DNA of 26,049 nt from a virus (lineage: Duplodnaviria; Heunggongvirae; Uroviricota; Caudoviricetes). The notes under the pieces are model-generated. The model was not told where the DNA came from. It saw only the letters and a program-made list of their open reading frames with translations, and searched no databases. This document shows positions 1 to 9,151 of this stretch, one piece after another. How positions within the stretch are numbered: position 1 is the stretch's first letter; each line of letters starts with the position of its first letter. The DNA is taken from the IMG/VR virus record IMGVR_UViG_3300006139_000005, positions 1 through 26,049 of that record; one strand, written 5' to 3'. The position numbers were made by a program, and so were the translations under genes.

Positions 1-438
1 TTTTTTTTGGAGTTTTGCATTGGAGTAAAAAAAAGGGGGCCCCCCCCCAAAGCCGCCCTCCCCACGTTTTGGAAAGTCATATTGATAAAATTTATACCCG
101 TCACCATATTCCACAAGTTCAGGCAGATTCTTTCCCGTTGTAACAAGGGACTCGCTTACACATCCACCAGGGTTAGGGTCAGTTAGGTTGACCACAACCA
201 TAACCCCACCCTTGGCACTTCCTCCCACAATCTCAATATTGTATGGATCACCAAGCCCACCATACTCACCACGTCTACGATACATACGAGGGGTGTAGAC
301 TTTATAAACGACTTCATAAATTGTAGCGGCTTCTTCGTCCTGCACTTCTTTGAAAACCTCATTACTCATGGCATTATCAACTTTCTGCATCAAATTCTTA
401 TTTGCTACTGCCAGAGCTTCACGAATGGTCATTCCCAT
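1..438 (-). CDS. Phage protein, 3'-truncated by the window edge; possibly a tail-completion (HK97 gp10-like) protein
   Basis: Not in the ORF track because it has no stop. SD AGGAG lies 8 nt before ATG at 438 and the frame is open to base 1 (MGMTIREALAVANKNLMQKVDNAMSNEV...YTPRMYRRRGEYGGLGDPYNI...). The product is a guess from position. Bases 1-60 look unreliable. Confidence 0.65.
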   Translation of the reverse strand, partial: MGMTIREALAVANKNLMQKVDNAMSNEVFKEVQDEEAATIYEVVYKVYTPRMYRRRGEYGGLGDPYNIEIVGGSAKGGVMVVVNLTDPNPGGCVSESLVTTGKNLPELVEYGDGYKFYQYDFPKRGEGGFGGGPPFFYSNAKLQKK

Positions 439-456
439 GCCGCCATCTCCTTAAAG

Positions 457-1077
457 TCAATTTTTCTTGCTTTCGTACAACTGGAGCAGTCCTTTCAAAA
501 TTCCGCCCTCGTCCAAACCTTTTGTCACTTCGGACAACTGCCCAGCAAATTCCATCAGATTGCTTGCATCAACGCTCTCTACCTTGGCATTCAGTGTTTC
601 AATCAAACCACGCAGAGAACTGTCCAAAGTGCTGGCGCTAATAATACAGCTCTTCTTCCAGTCAATCGCTAAATTGCACAAATGCACAAGTTCACCCATC
701 ATAGCTTGATACTCGCCGTTTTCCAGGCTGTCAAGATCCATTGCTACATACAGGGCGTTCATAGCCTCAATATCCATCAAACTGCCGCCGTCCTCACTCT
801 GCTCGTTTTTGAGAGTCATAATAGGGACGTTGGTACACATTTGAAGAATAGTGGCCCGTAGCATAGGCGTCACATATTCTGGACGGAAATTACCCGCCAC
901 ATCAAAACAGCCAGATAGCAGCCGATTGATAAATGTAGTCTTTTCAGCCACTGTCAGTGAAGTTTTGATTTCAACATCAAAGGAGCTATCTCCAACCGGA
1001 AACGATACATCTGTGATATTAGCGGCTTTCCGCTCCTTCAAAAAGGTCTTAATGGTGTTCACAGCGATTTTCTTCAT
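457..1077 (-). CDS. Hypothetical phage protein in the tail region (206 aa), possible assembly chaperone
   Basis: Strong SD (GGAGG) before the ATG; packed tightly between co-oriented genes; no motif recognised. Confidence 0.75.
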   Translation of the reverse strand: MKKIAVNTIKTFLKERKAANITDVSFPVGDSSFDVEIKTSLTVAEKTTFINRLLSGCFDVAGNFRPEYVTPMLRATILQMCTNVPIMTLKNEQSEDGGSLMDIEAMNALYVAMDLDSLENGEYQAMMGELVHLCNLAIDWKKSCIISASTLDSSLRGLIETLNAKVESVDASNLMEFAGQLSEVTKGLDEGGILKGLLQLYESKKN

Positions 1078-1095
1078 TATCGTGTTCCTCCAAAT

Positions 1096-1821
1096 TCATT
1101 TCATTTTCATAGCGAACCCATAAGTTAGGTCATCTGCGTGCTGGCTAATCCAACCGCGATAGTTTTTCTCTAAGTGGCAAACAGCGGTACGCTCATCACC
1201 GTCAAACCACTCCATATATGGAACAAACCCAGATCTCTCTGGGTTTGAAAGCAAGTCATTCTGTCCGTCGTGACCAATCACAATAATTTTGCAACTATCG
1301 TGAACTCTGGTCAGCACTTTCTTTAACTCGTCAAAATAGAAATTCTGCGCTTCATCAATGATTACGACCTTGTTCTCAAAATTTGTACCACGAAGAAATG
1401 TGTGCGTCAGACACTCGATATAGGCACTTTGGTATTTCTCGTTGACCGCACCATCATGGAACGCAGTGTTACGATTTACTCCAATTTTTGTTAATGCCTC
1501 ATAAAACGGCTCAAAATACGGTTCAGACTTCTCTTCGATAGTCCCTTTCAAATACCCCTGCTTTTGCTCCTGAGTAGGAGAGGCAATATAAACAATGCCA
1601 TTACTTCTACCATACTCATAAAGAAGATTTGCTGTAGCTGTAGCAATCAAGGTCTTACCCGTTCCAGCTTTTGCGTTACAGAATACAATCAGCTTATCCT
1701 TATTCCAGATTGCGTCTCGAAACGCCTGTTGCTGTTCGTCCAGTTGCAAGCCATAAAACGGATGCTTAGAGAGAGTTATTGGAACATCATAAATATCTGT
1801 ACCTGTATTATTCCGTGCCAT
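1096..1821 (-). CDS. phoH: PhoH family P-loop ATPase
   Basis: Walker A NAKAGTGKT, then FLRGTNF, Walker B VIIDEAQN and IVIGHDGQND, all typical of PhoH. SD AAGGAG supports ATG at 1821 (the track starts at 1830). Confidence 0.9.
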   Translation of the reverse strand: MARNNTGTDIYDVPITLSKHPFYGLQLDEQQQAFRDAIWNKDKLIVFCNAKAGTGKTLIATATANLLYEYGRSNGIVYIASPTQEQKQGYLKGTIEEKSEPYFEPFYEALTKIGVNRNTAFHDGAVNEKYQSAYIECLTHTFLRGTNFENKVVIIDEAQNFYFDELKKVLTRVHDSCKIIVIGHDGQNDLLSNPERSGFVPYMEWFDGDERTAVCHLEKNYRGWISQHADDLTYGFAMKMK

Positions 1822-1833
1822 ATTTTTCACTCC

Positions 1834-2481
1834 TTAAAGAATAGTATCAATATCGGTTACAATTTCATCGGCAATGCCAAGCTGAATCATTTCCTCGCTG
1901 AACATAAACCAATCCCTTCTGTAGTTCCGATCATACACTTCCTCCGTAATTCGAGTGCTGGACAGAATGTACTCTTTCATCCGTTTTTCCAACTCTTTTG
2001 TAAATTCAAGATTGTCCAGCATTTTGCCGATGCTACCGATTGTGCCAGAAGATCCATCGTGAATCAAACAACTGGTATGCGGAAAGATAAACCGTTTATG
2101 ACCAGCCATAAGTAATAGGCCACCAGCACTATACACCCGCCCCATTCCAATGGTATAAACAGGAGTCTTTGAGAGTTTAATCATGTCGATGATATGAAGT
2201 ACCGTATCCGCACTACCGCCATCAGAATTGATAAAGATTTTAATGGGACTGCGCTTTTCGATAACGACACCCTTATCCTCTTCATTCCATTTCCTAATGT
2301 AGAGTGCAATATCAATAGTGGTATCATCAATCAGATCATTCCAAAGAATTTCCCGCTTTTTCAACCGTCGATAAAATTCAAGCAACGATGGATCTGGCAG
2401 CAAATCATCCATCAGAGCCTGAACATCTTGAAATTCATCCTCAAACTCGCATTTGACGCCATTCTTCATATTTGTACTCAT
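1834..2481 (-). CDS. clpP: ClpP-like serine protease
   Basis: INSDGG, catalytic Ser in YSAGG, His in LIHDG, Asp in RDWF, and the C-terminal GIADEI, all typical of ClpP. Confidence 0.9.
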   Translation of the reverse strand: MSTNMKNGVKCEFEDEFQDVQALMDDLLPDPSLLEFYRRLKKREILWNDLIDDTTIDIALYIRKWNEEDKGVVIEKRSPIKIFINSDGGSADTVLHIIDMIKLSKTPVYTIGMGRVYSAGGLLLMAGHKRFIFPHTSCLIHDGSSGTIGSIGKMLDNLEFTKELEKRMKEYILSSTRITEEVYDRNYRRDWFMFSEEMIQLGIADEIVTDIDTIL

Positions 2482-3011
2482 ATCTTTTCTCCTTTTGAAA
2501 TAGTTAGCTTATTCACAACGAAATGACCAATGCAAATCGCATCAGATAAATTATCATTCTCAGTTTCAATTCCAAAGTTATCTTTTACAAATTGCATAGA
2601 AAGAACCTTAGAAGATGTCTTTTCACTTTTGTCAATCTCAGTTACTTTCGACTTGATTTCTTTGGTAGTTCTCCCTCTTGCTTTGCAGAAATTTTGCCAT
2701 TGCGTTGGTGCTACAAGACCATAAAGGTATTCGTTTTTCTCACACAAATTAACGAGTACGCCTTGCAACTGCGCCAATTTCTTAAACGATTGAACATTTT
2801 TTCTTAGCTGAATGTCCTCGAAGAAAACAGCACTGATGTTATGCGTATATATTACTTCACCTATCAACGCTTCAATGTGCAAAATTGCCTGTTCAAATGT
2901 ATAGTTTTTATTATCATAACTCCATGTACCATAATCGAGCAGAGCCTTTTTCTCATAATCAAAAACGGCCCAAGCACCGTGTCTGGCCTGGTCAACGGCC
3001 AGGATATTCAC
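2478..3011 (-). CDS. RuvC-like Holliday junction resolvase
   Basis: ILAVDQ, VFFED, APTQWQ and DNLSDAICIG give the RNase H-fold acidic residues. SD GGAGGTG supports GTG at 3011. Confidence 0.8.
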   Translation of the reverse strand: MNILAVDQARHGAWAVFDYEKKALLDYGTWSYDNKNYTFEQAILHIEALIGEVIYTHNISAVFFEDIQLRKNVQSFKKLAQLQGVLVNLCEKNEYLYGLVAPTQWQNFCKARGRTTKEIKSKVTEIDKSEKTSSKVLSMQFVKDNFGIETENDNLSDAICIGHFVVNKLTISKGEKI

Positions 3012-3032
3012 CGCTGTCACCTCCAAAAGCGA

Positions 3033-3060
3033 AAAAAGGAGGGCATCAGCCCTCCTTTTT
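3033..3060 (-). terminator. Intrinsic terminator, potentially bidirectional
   Basis: Perfect inverted repeat AAAAAGGAGGGC-4 nt loop-GCCCTCCTTTTT with A/T tails on both sides, just downstream of the 3078 stop. Confidence 0.8.
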
Positions 3061-3077
3061 CTTTTTAGCCCTCTTCT

Positions 3078-3440
3078 TCAGCCATCTTCTTTACCATCTT
3101 CATCATTATCTGGAAGTTGGATATCCGTCAACTCTCCAGAACTCGGTTTCTTCTTAGAAACCAACTTTTTTGCCCGACTTTTGCCGGCTACTGAAGCGTT
3201 GATTTCATCAAGAAGTTTCTGAACGCTTGGGATATAACCACTTGTTTCCCGAATATCTATCCCACGCTTGCATAGCGCATCATACGCCTTTCGAGCATCA
3301 TGGTCACTCTGATACTCCATCAGCACGCCAAGGATATAGTAATGATCTGCCGTGTCGGTGAGAGCACGCCAGCTATGAACCTTTTCACAGGAATAGCAAT
3401 ACTCGTACTCTGCACCGCACACCTTACACAGACGCTTCAT
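3078..3440 (-). CDS. Hypothetical protein with an N-terminal CxxC...CxxC zinc-binding motif
   Basis: CKVC...CYSC near the N-terminus; directly downstream of the tail tube gene. Confidence 0.75.
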   Translation of the reverse strand: MKRLCKVCGAEYEYCYSCEKVHSWRALTDTADHYYILGVLMEYQSDHDARKAYDALCKRGIDIRETSGYIPSVQKLLDEINASVAGKSRAKKLVSKKKPSSGELTDIQLPDNDEDGKEDG

Positions 3441-3443
3441 TGC

Positions 3444-4241
3444 TTACACGCCCACGCCAACTGCCTTGCCGACGAGAATATAGCAAAGCTCTTCCTCCTC
3501 GGAGCAGTAATCCTTCATGGCAGAAATGCTGAATGGGTGAGTCCCCTCGGTGGTCAAATTCAGGCTGAAGTTGTTGTCCAACTTACCCTTGGAAATCACA
3601 ATGGTGATTGCCGCAGTAATACCACACACATCCTCTGCCAGAATCTTGGCAATGTACTTAGCGTTCTTATTGAAAGTCTCAGAACTGTCAGTTACACGTA
3701 CAGCCTCATCAGTCTCATACTGGTACAGAACACCAACGCGGGTGCCAGCGTAAGAAGCAGGCATAGTAATGACATTGCCGGTAATCTGAGCATTTCCATC
3801 TTCGGTGCCCACCTCAATGGGATCACCCAAAGACTTATCTTTATTGATAGCGTAAACAACAGTAGGCGTCACCAGTGGAGTATAAGCCATGGTAGCTTTC
3901 TTGTCGGTGCCATCGTCCACAATGGTAATAACCTCGAAATCCTCACCTTTGATTTTCTTATCTGCGGTTGCGACCTGCACCTCAGTACCCAACTGAGACG
4001 CCATCAGGCCAAGCTCCAGCTTGGAACTCTCACCGGACAGAGTAAAGCCCTTTGCGGTATCAAAGCGGGAAATCAGGATGCCACGCTCGTCAGTCTTATC
4101 CACAGACTCACCAGTAAACTCGGCCTGCGGGCTTTCAATGTTACGAAGCACCCAGTTCACCATACCAGATTCCAGATCAACCTCTGTCAGACGGAGGAAT
4201 CTGTTAATGACAGCGCTCTTGATATCAAAAGTTTCAGCCAT
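3444..4241 (-). CDS. Putative major tail tube protein (SPbeta YomU-like position)
   Basis: Beta-rich acidic protein of ~265 aa located after the neck genes. SD supports ATG at 4241. Function is inferred from size and position. Confidence 0.6.
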   Translation of the reverse strand: MAETFDIKSAVINRFLRLTEVDLESGMVNWVLRNIESPQAEFTGESVDKTDERGILISRFDTAKGFTLSGESSKLELGLMASQLGTEVQVATADKKIKGEDFEVITIVDDGTDKKATMAYTPLVTPTVVYAINKDKSLGDPIEVGTEDGNAQITGNVITMPASYAGTRVGVLYQYETDEAVRVTDSSETFNKNAKYIAKILAEDVCGITAAITIVISKGKLDNNFSLNLTTEGTHPFSISAMKDYCSEEEELCYILVGKAVGVGV

Positions 4242-4274
4242 AATAAACCATCCTTTCCTTGTTGCCATTGAACG

Positions 4275-4994
4275 TCACTCAGACATCCAATCAAGCTCTT
4301 TCTTATTTATCTTTTTCGCATCAACACAACCACTATAAATTCCAAGCATTGTGAAATAATAATGATCGCGCTTCTGCATACGTGTCAAACCGTCCATAAA
4401 AACACCAATCGGCGCATCCCAAACGGTATCCCAGCGAAATTGAGATCCTGGCATATTAGTCAAAGAAGAAACCAGCGGTTTCAGCATAGATACAAACGGC
4501 TTATTTGCAGCGTCTTCTCGATCATCACGGTCAGCCTCAATCATAATATCTCTGGTATAATCGTCATACGGTTTTACCACATTCTTTTTGAACATATGGA
4601 TGTGCCGTAAATAGTCGGTTAGCAGTTTATAAACCGCTCGATCAATAACAGTGCCATCTTTGTTCACAAGCACAAAATCATTGAGGTTTTTTGAAATCAT
4701 AGGCTGGAATGACGCTATATCCAAATCGCCAAACAGTATCTTCGTGTCGCGTTGTTGGATTGCCTTGAATGTAGACACAAAAAGTTCGTATTCGTCTACT
4801 GTATCCCAATAAACACCCATAGCGTCCCAAATTTCTACCTTACGATCAGCAGGTGTTGCGCAAATCGTCTGTGCAAGTCCAAAATACTGCTGCTCTCCAT
4901 ATTTGTGAATTTCTCGTAAAGTTGGGTTTCTAACCTCGATTTTCGGCGTGATCTTATACACATCACCAGTCAGTGCAACCAGATCGTCAATCAT
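4275..4994 (-). CDS. Phage tail-region protein (YomV-like position)
   Basis: 239-aa ORF whose start overlaps the upstream stop; ends YSGCVDAKKINKKELDW. Confidence 0.65.
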   Translation of the reverse strand: MIDDLVALTGDVYKITPKIEVRNPTLREIHKYGEQQYFGLAQTICATPADRKVEIWDAMGVYWDTVDEYELFVSTFKAIQQRDTKILFGDLDIASFQPMISKNLNDFVLVNKDGTVIDRAVYKLLTDYLRHIHMFKKNVVKPYDDYTRDIMIEADRDDREDAANKPFVSMLKPLVSSLTNMPGSQFRWDTVWDAPIGVFMDGLTRMQKRDHYYFTMLGIYSGCVDAKKINKKELDWMSE

Positions 4995-5488
4995 AACAAG
5001 TCTGCACTCCTATTTCTTTCGTGAGTGATATACGGGATTTGCCAGCCAGAAAACCCATCATTAAATTGAACCTCATCAGCCGTACTCAATGCAATCCCAC
5101 CCAGCCCAAACAAAGGCTCTTCCCCGTTATTCAAAATACGATCCACCTCATCTGCCAACAGGTCAGCTCTCGAACCTTGCAGCAAGTCAATTTGATGTTC
5201 GTTACAGATGATATAGACAGTAATTGCTGTCTCCTTCACCACATTCGAGTCGGTATATACCACACGACTTCTCATCGTGATAAAGTTTTTATCTACCTGT
5301 TGTGTGCCAGGGACGTAAAAATGGGTTTTGATAAGTGATGCCGCAGGGCTTTTGCTTCCCGTTTTTATATTTTCAAAATCAACCACATTGTTTCCTGTAT
5401 TACAAAGCAAATTTACTACTGATTGACTTTGTAACAGCTTTTTCCTCAAAAGACTCTTTTGCCGAATGATTGCATCAAAATGCGGCAT
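4991..5488 (-). CDS. Putative tail terminator/neck protein
   Basis: SD GGAGGTG supports ATG at 5488; size and position fit a tail terminator. Confidence 0.6.
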   Translation of the reverse strand: MPHFDAIIRQKSLLRKKLLQSQSVVNLLCNTGNNVVDFENIKTGSKSPAASLIKTHFYVPGTQQVDKNFITMRSRVVYTDSNVVKETAITVYIICNEHQIDLLQGSRADLLADEVDRILNNGEEPLFGLGGIALSTADEVQFNDGFSGWQIPYITHERNRSADLL

Positions 5489-5502
5489 ACGTATCACCTC
5501 CC

Positions 5503-6558
5503 CTACCAGTTCACGATTTGAATTTTGATTGTAGCCTCACTGTTTAATTCATCACTAATAGCTCGAATCTCTACCTGTTGTCCAATATTCAAAATATTGT
5601 CAGAAGCTATAAGCGTAATTGTACCAGCAGTATCATCTCTCAATGTAACAGCTCCATCCAAAAGGTTACATTCCAGTCGGTACGAAAACAAAGTAATTGC
5701 ATTCCCGTCAGCATCAATGCACGATACTCTGATTTGCTTCTGCTCTCCAGCAGCAATCGTATAATCACCGTCTAAGTCAGTCAAGGTAATCGTTCCATTT
5801 GAACCACTTTCGTTTTCTGTGCCACCAAATTCCTTACAATAATAGCCGGCAATCATTTCCTCTCGACTATCAGTTGCTTCATCAAACTTATCCTCCAACA
5901 CAGCCCATTGAATCAGCCCATCGTTATAGTGCTCTGCTCCAACTGCATAAGAAACAGAATCAACCCTTGTAATCTTATATACAGTCGGCTGAACCCTGTT
6001 TTTATCCATAATAAAACGAAAACCATCGTCCAGCAAAATTGTCTCTTCATTATATGGAAGATAAATTAAATGCTGGTCTTCACCAACATCTACATTTGTC
6101 TTTTCTGAAACGCCCGTGCCATACTGCGTGCTGTTTGTGCTGTATACAGGATATTCCACAATTTCACCTGTCAACGGGGACAACAGTCGAATCGTGTGTT
6201 TGCACTTCCACATTACAGCTTTCTCATAAATGCGGTTATTGTCTGGAAGCGCACTTACCATCCAAAGTGTATTATCATACTTCACATACTGCCCGCATTT
6301 CAAAATGCCAATATTGCAAAGAATTTGCCTCACAACCGTGCTGTTATAAACGTCGCTTGTCTTTTGCTGAACAATAGCTCTAACTGACTGTGGAATAGAT
6401 ACTATGGTTTTGTCGTAAATCAAAACATTACACCCAATGAAAGAATCAAGAACCTCTTGAAATCCATCTTGTCCATACGCCCAAAACTCATCATCCTCAA
6501 AACCACTATTAAATAAGGGGCGTGTCATTCGATACCAGTTTCTGGATTCTTCTGACAT
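5503..6558 (-). CDS. Putative head-closure/neck protein with a beta-rich, possibly Ig-like C-terminal domain
   Basis: SD GAGGTG supports ATG at 6558; follows the adaptor-position gene. Function is inferred. Confidence 0.6.
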   Translation of the reverse strand: MSEESRNWYRMTRPLFNSGFEDDEFWAYGQDGFQEVLDSFIGCNVLIYDKTIVSIPQSVRAIVQQKTSDVYNSTVVRQILCNIGILKCGQYVKYDNTLWMVSALPDNNRIYEKAVMWKCKHTIRLLSPLTGEIVEYPVYSTNSTQYGTGVSEKTNVDVGEDQHLIYLPYNEETILLDDGFRFIMDKNRVQPTVYKITRVDSVSYAVGAEHYNDGLIQWAVLEDKFDEATDSREEMIAGYYCKEFGGTENESGSNGTITLTDLDGDYTIAAGEQKQIRVSCIDADGNAITLFSYRLECNLLDGAVTLRDDTAGTITLIASDNILNIGQQVEIRAISDELNSEATIKIQIVNW

Positions 6559-6569
6559 ACAATCACCTC

Positions 6570-6974
6570 TCATCCATATGCGGGTTCTTTTTGACGGTGA
6601 AGCAACCTTTCTACAAGAGCAATCTGATCATCAAGTTCTTGCTTTGTTACACGCTTCGTTGCATCTTGCCCTGTCACTTGAACATCTTTTGCATAAATAC
6701 CATTTAATGCCATAACTCTGCTAAGTTCCCTTTGCAGATATGACACATAAATCATTTGTGCAAGAGTACGCACAACACTCCTGTCAAGTTTCTTTGAGAA
6801 TTTTTCTTTTTTCTCGTTATATTCCAAGTCACAACCGATATTCAGCTCGTAATCAGCTACTGCTGTAGAAAACCATTCTCGCTCTAACCCCTCCTGTATT
6901 TCAAACTTGGTTAAAGGCATGGAATGGAACTTTTTCACAACTTCTTCATATGTTGTTGCCTTATTCTTCGCCAT
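6570..6974 (-). CDS. Putative head-tail adaptor
   Basis: Helical ~134-aa protein, second gene after the capsid gene. SD supports ATG at 6974. Confidence 0.6.
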   Translation of the reverse strand: MAKNKATTYEEVVKKFHSMPLTKFEIQEGLEREWFSTAVADYELNIGCDLEYNEKKEKFSKKLDRSVVRTLAQMIYVSYLQRELSRVMALNGIYAKDVQVTGQDATKRVTKQELDDQIALVERLLHRQKEPAYG

Positions 6975-7000
6975 AGCCCACACCTTCTCCTTTCTTAGAA

Positions 7001-7471
7001 TCAAACGGTAGAGGTATCAGCCAACTCACGCAAAGCGTCAACTTTCCAAGCCTCAGCCTCATCAGAGCCAGCTTGTTTTGCAAGTTCAACCAGCATCTTC
7101 TTTTCTGCGTCAGTTTTTACCATCGCTTGAAGCTGCTCATTGAATTTGGCCTTTGTACGAATCGCCAGCAACGCCTTAACAGCCTCCAAATTGAGCAAAG
7201 TAGGATCTTCCGTCTCTACGCTCTCCAGTCCAAAAAGCTGTTTGCGCTGTTCATCATTCACAATCTGGATACGTGCATGGTTCCCCATACCATCCGTACC
7301 AGTGAACATCTTGTTTCCAGTTTGAATTTGTGCCAAAACCTCCTCAAAAGACAGCAATGGATAGTTTTTTGCATTAGCTGGAATCTCAATATCACCCTGT
7401 CCAGCTTTGCGCCAGAATGAAAGAGGCCATGAACACAAATTGTTTACCAGAACATTGTTATTCGCCGTCAT
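7001..7471 (-). CDS. Phage head-region protein (YonA-like position)
   Basis: SD AAGGAG supports ATG at 7471; first gene after the major capsid gene. Confidence 0.65.
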   Translation of the reverse strand: MTANNNVLVNNLCSWPLSFWRKAGQGDIEIPANAKNYPLLSFEEVLAQIQTGNKMFTGTDGMGNHARIQIVNDEQRKQLFGLESVETEDPTLLNLEAVKALLAIRTKAKFNEQLQAMVKTDAEKKMLVELAKQAGSDEAEAWKVDALRELADTSTV

Positions 7472-7497
7472 AACAATTCTCCTTGTCATTGAAAATT

Positions 7498-7520
7498 CGG
7501 GAGGGGTAATACCCCTCCCG
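7498..7520 (-). terminator. Hairpin after the major capsid gene, probably a leaky terminator
   Basis: Perfect 9-bp stem CGGGAGGGG-5 nt loop-CCCCTCCCG followed on the minus strand by AATTTTC, an imperfect U tract. Confidence 0.7.
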
Positions 7521-7539
7521 TTTTGATTTAATTCGCCAC

Positions 7540-8646
7540 TTAAATGGCAGGAACCTCAAAATTGGTGTCGGAAATCAGACCAATCTGATCCTCCATACCC
7601 TCAGCAATACCAGCGCCAAGCTCCATATCGAAGCGGGTCAGATGCTGACGGGTCACAATGTCATCGCCAGTCATTGTGGTCATACCGCCACGCAGGAAGA
7701 CCTGCAATGGGGACACAGCGCCACGAGGCAGGAAGAACAGCAGACCCTGTGGCATATACATAGCATAATCGGTTCCATCGGTATTCAGTTTAGTCCAGTT
7801 GATTGCGTTTGGAAGCTCAGTCACAATAGCGCCATTATACATATTCACAAGGCCAGTTTTACGGATCTCCTCAGCGACCACAGTGTTTGCATAGCGAACT
7901 TCGTCAGCCGCCAACAACTTAAAGCCAGCAAAATCGTTGAACTGGGACACTACACTGTAATCGCCAGCAATATTGACCTTACCGTACCGGCGCATAGTCT
8001 TCAACATATTGTCAACGCCTGTCTTGGTAATACCACTGGACTCTGCAAAATGCTTGACACCCTTTGCGTTCTTCAAGCCATTATACAGAACGGTCATCAC
8101 ATAGTAAACGGCCTTGTTCTGCATATCAGTCTGCACCTGGTTCATACCCTCGGCAATATTACCGTCAAAGTTACCGCTTTGAAGTTCACGGTAATCAACA
8201 GCAAAACCAGAAGAAATAGTCTGGGTGCCGATAGGATACTCACGCCATTTGTAGGCCGCAAACGGCACATCGGCACTGGAAGCCTGGAACCGAGAATCAA
8301 TGCTCTCATAGTTGTAGGTCTTCATCATTGGAGCCTCGTGATATCCGATCCGACGATAAGTACCCATAAAGTCAAACAGGCGAACGGCCTCCAAAAGTTT
8401 TGGTTCGATTGCAAAGCGGATAATGGTATTGATCTCGCTCTGTGCGGCATGGTCGCCAGCCAAAGCCTTAGAAGACAGCTCTTTCAGAGTTGCCACGGAC
8501 TTGTCCAAAACCTTGGCATCCACATCGGGTTTCTTACCCGCTGCGAGAGCAGAAAACACCTCGACAACGGGAGAGTTCTGCTTGACACGTCCAGTATCAA
8601 TGTCGGCCTGAGCATTGGACATATTGATTTCGTAAATCGTGCTCAT
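7540..8646 (-). CDS. Major capsid protein (YonB-like)
   Basis: 368 aa, strong SD, third gene after the portal and followed by a hairpin. Function is inferred from size and synteny. Confidence 0.75.
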   Translation of the reverse strand: MSTIYEINMSNAQADIDTGRVKQNSPVVEVFSALAAGKKPDVDAKVLDKSVATLKELSSKALAGDHAAQSEINTIIRFAIEPKLLEAVRLFDFMGTYRRIGYHEAPMMKTYNYESIDSRFQASSADVPFAAYKWREYPIGTQTISSGFAVDYRELQSGNFDGNIAEGMNQVQTDMQNKAVYYVMTVLYNGLKNAKGVKHFAESSGITKTGVDNMLKTMRRYGKVNIAGDYSVVSQFNDFAGFKLLAADEVRYANTVVAEEIRKTGLVNMYNGAIVTELPNAINWTKLNTDGTDYAMYMPQGLLFFLPRGAVSPLQVFLRGGMTTMTGDDIVTRQHLTRFDMELGAGIAEGMEDQIGLISDTNFEVPAI

Positions 8647-8664
8647 TATATTCTCCCTCCTTCA

Positions 8665-9132
8665 TTACTGCACACGGATAACGGCCAGCAGGCCAAGACC
8701 CATATATGCAGTCTTCTCAATAACCTCAAAGTACACCTTGTAACCAGTTGCATCAGCGGTCTTAGCGATTAGACCATCAGTGCCAAACACCAGCTTGTCA
8801 CCAGCGGCCAGACCATCATAGTCGCCGTCCTTGATCTCGTACTTCGCAAACTCAATCTCCAGATTTGCAACACTGGTCAGATCGTCAGCACGGACACACT
8901 CGCCCTTCAAAACATCCAGTGTTTCACTGAAATTGTGCATCTCAGGCTTATCGTTAATATTGGTAACGATGCGGTGGCAAGCCTTAGCCTCTGCATCATC
9001 AGCGGGCAAGCTGGCTGTCTTTGCGACACGATCCAGAATGACACCCATACCGACCTTCAGATCGGTGGTCGCCTTGCAGTATCCAACATTCTGAACACCC
9101 TTGGCGAAAGCTCCAATCGTCTTGTATTTCAT
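8665..9132 (-). CDS. Capsid-associated/decoration protein (YonC-like position)
   Basis: 155-aa beta-rich ORF between the protease/scaffold and capsid genes; good SD. Confidence 0.6.
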   Translation of the reverse strand: MKYKTIGAFAKGVQNVGYCKATTDLKVGMGVILDRVAKTASLPADDAEAKACHRIVTNINDKPEMHNFSETLDVLKGECVRADDLTSVANLEIEFAKYEIKDGDYDGLAAGDKLVFGTDGLIAKTADATGYKVYFEVIEKTAYMGLGLLAVIRVQ

Positions 9133-9151
9133 TGTTACATACCTTCCTTTC

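Noticed and set aside
1-60. Dense homopolymers (T8, A8, G5, C9) that look like a hairpin or slippery site
   Set aside because: They sit at the window edge inside an otherwise ordinary ORF and are unlike the rest of the sequence. A low-quality contig end is more likely than biology.
3300-4271. 323-aa plus-strand ORF
   Set aside because: It is the antisense shadow of the tail tube gene, with no SD and no protein-like motifs.
7642-8772. 376-aa plus-strand ORF (also 9101-9751, 216 aa)
   Set aside because: These are antisense shadows of the capsid and scaffold genes, expected from the codon bias of highly expressed genes.
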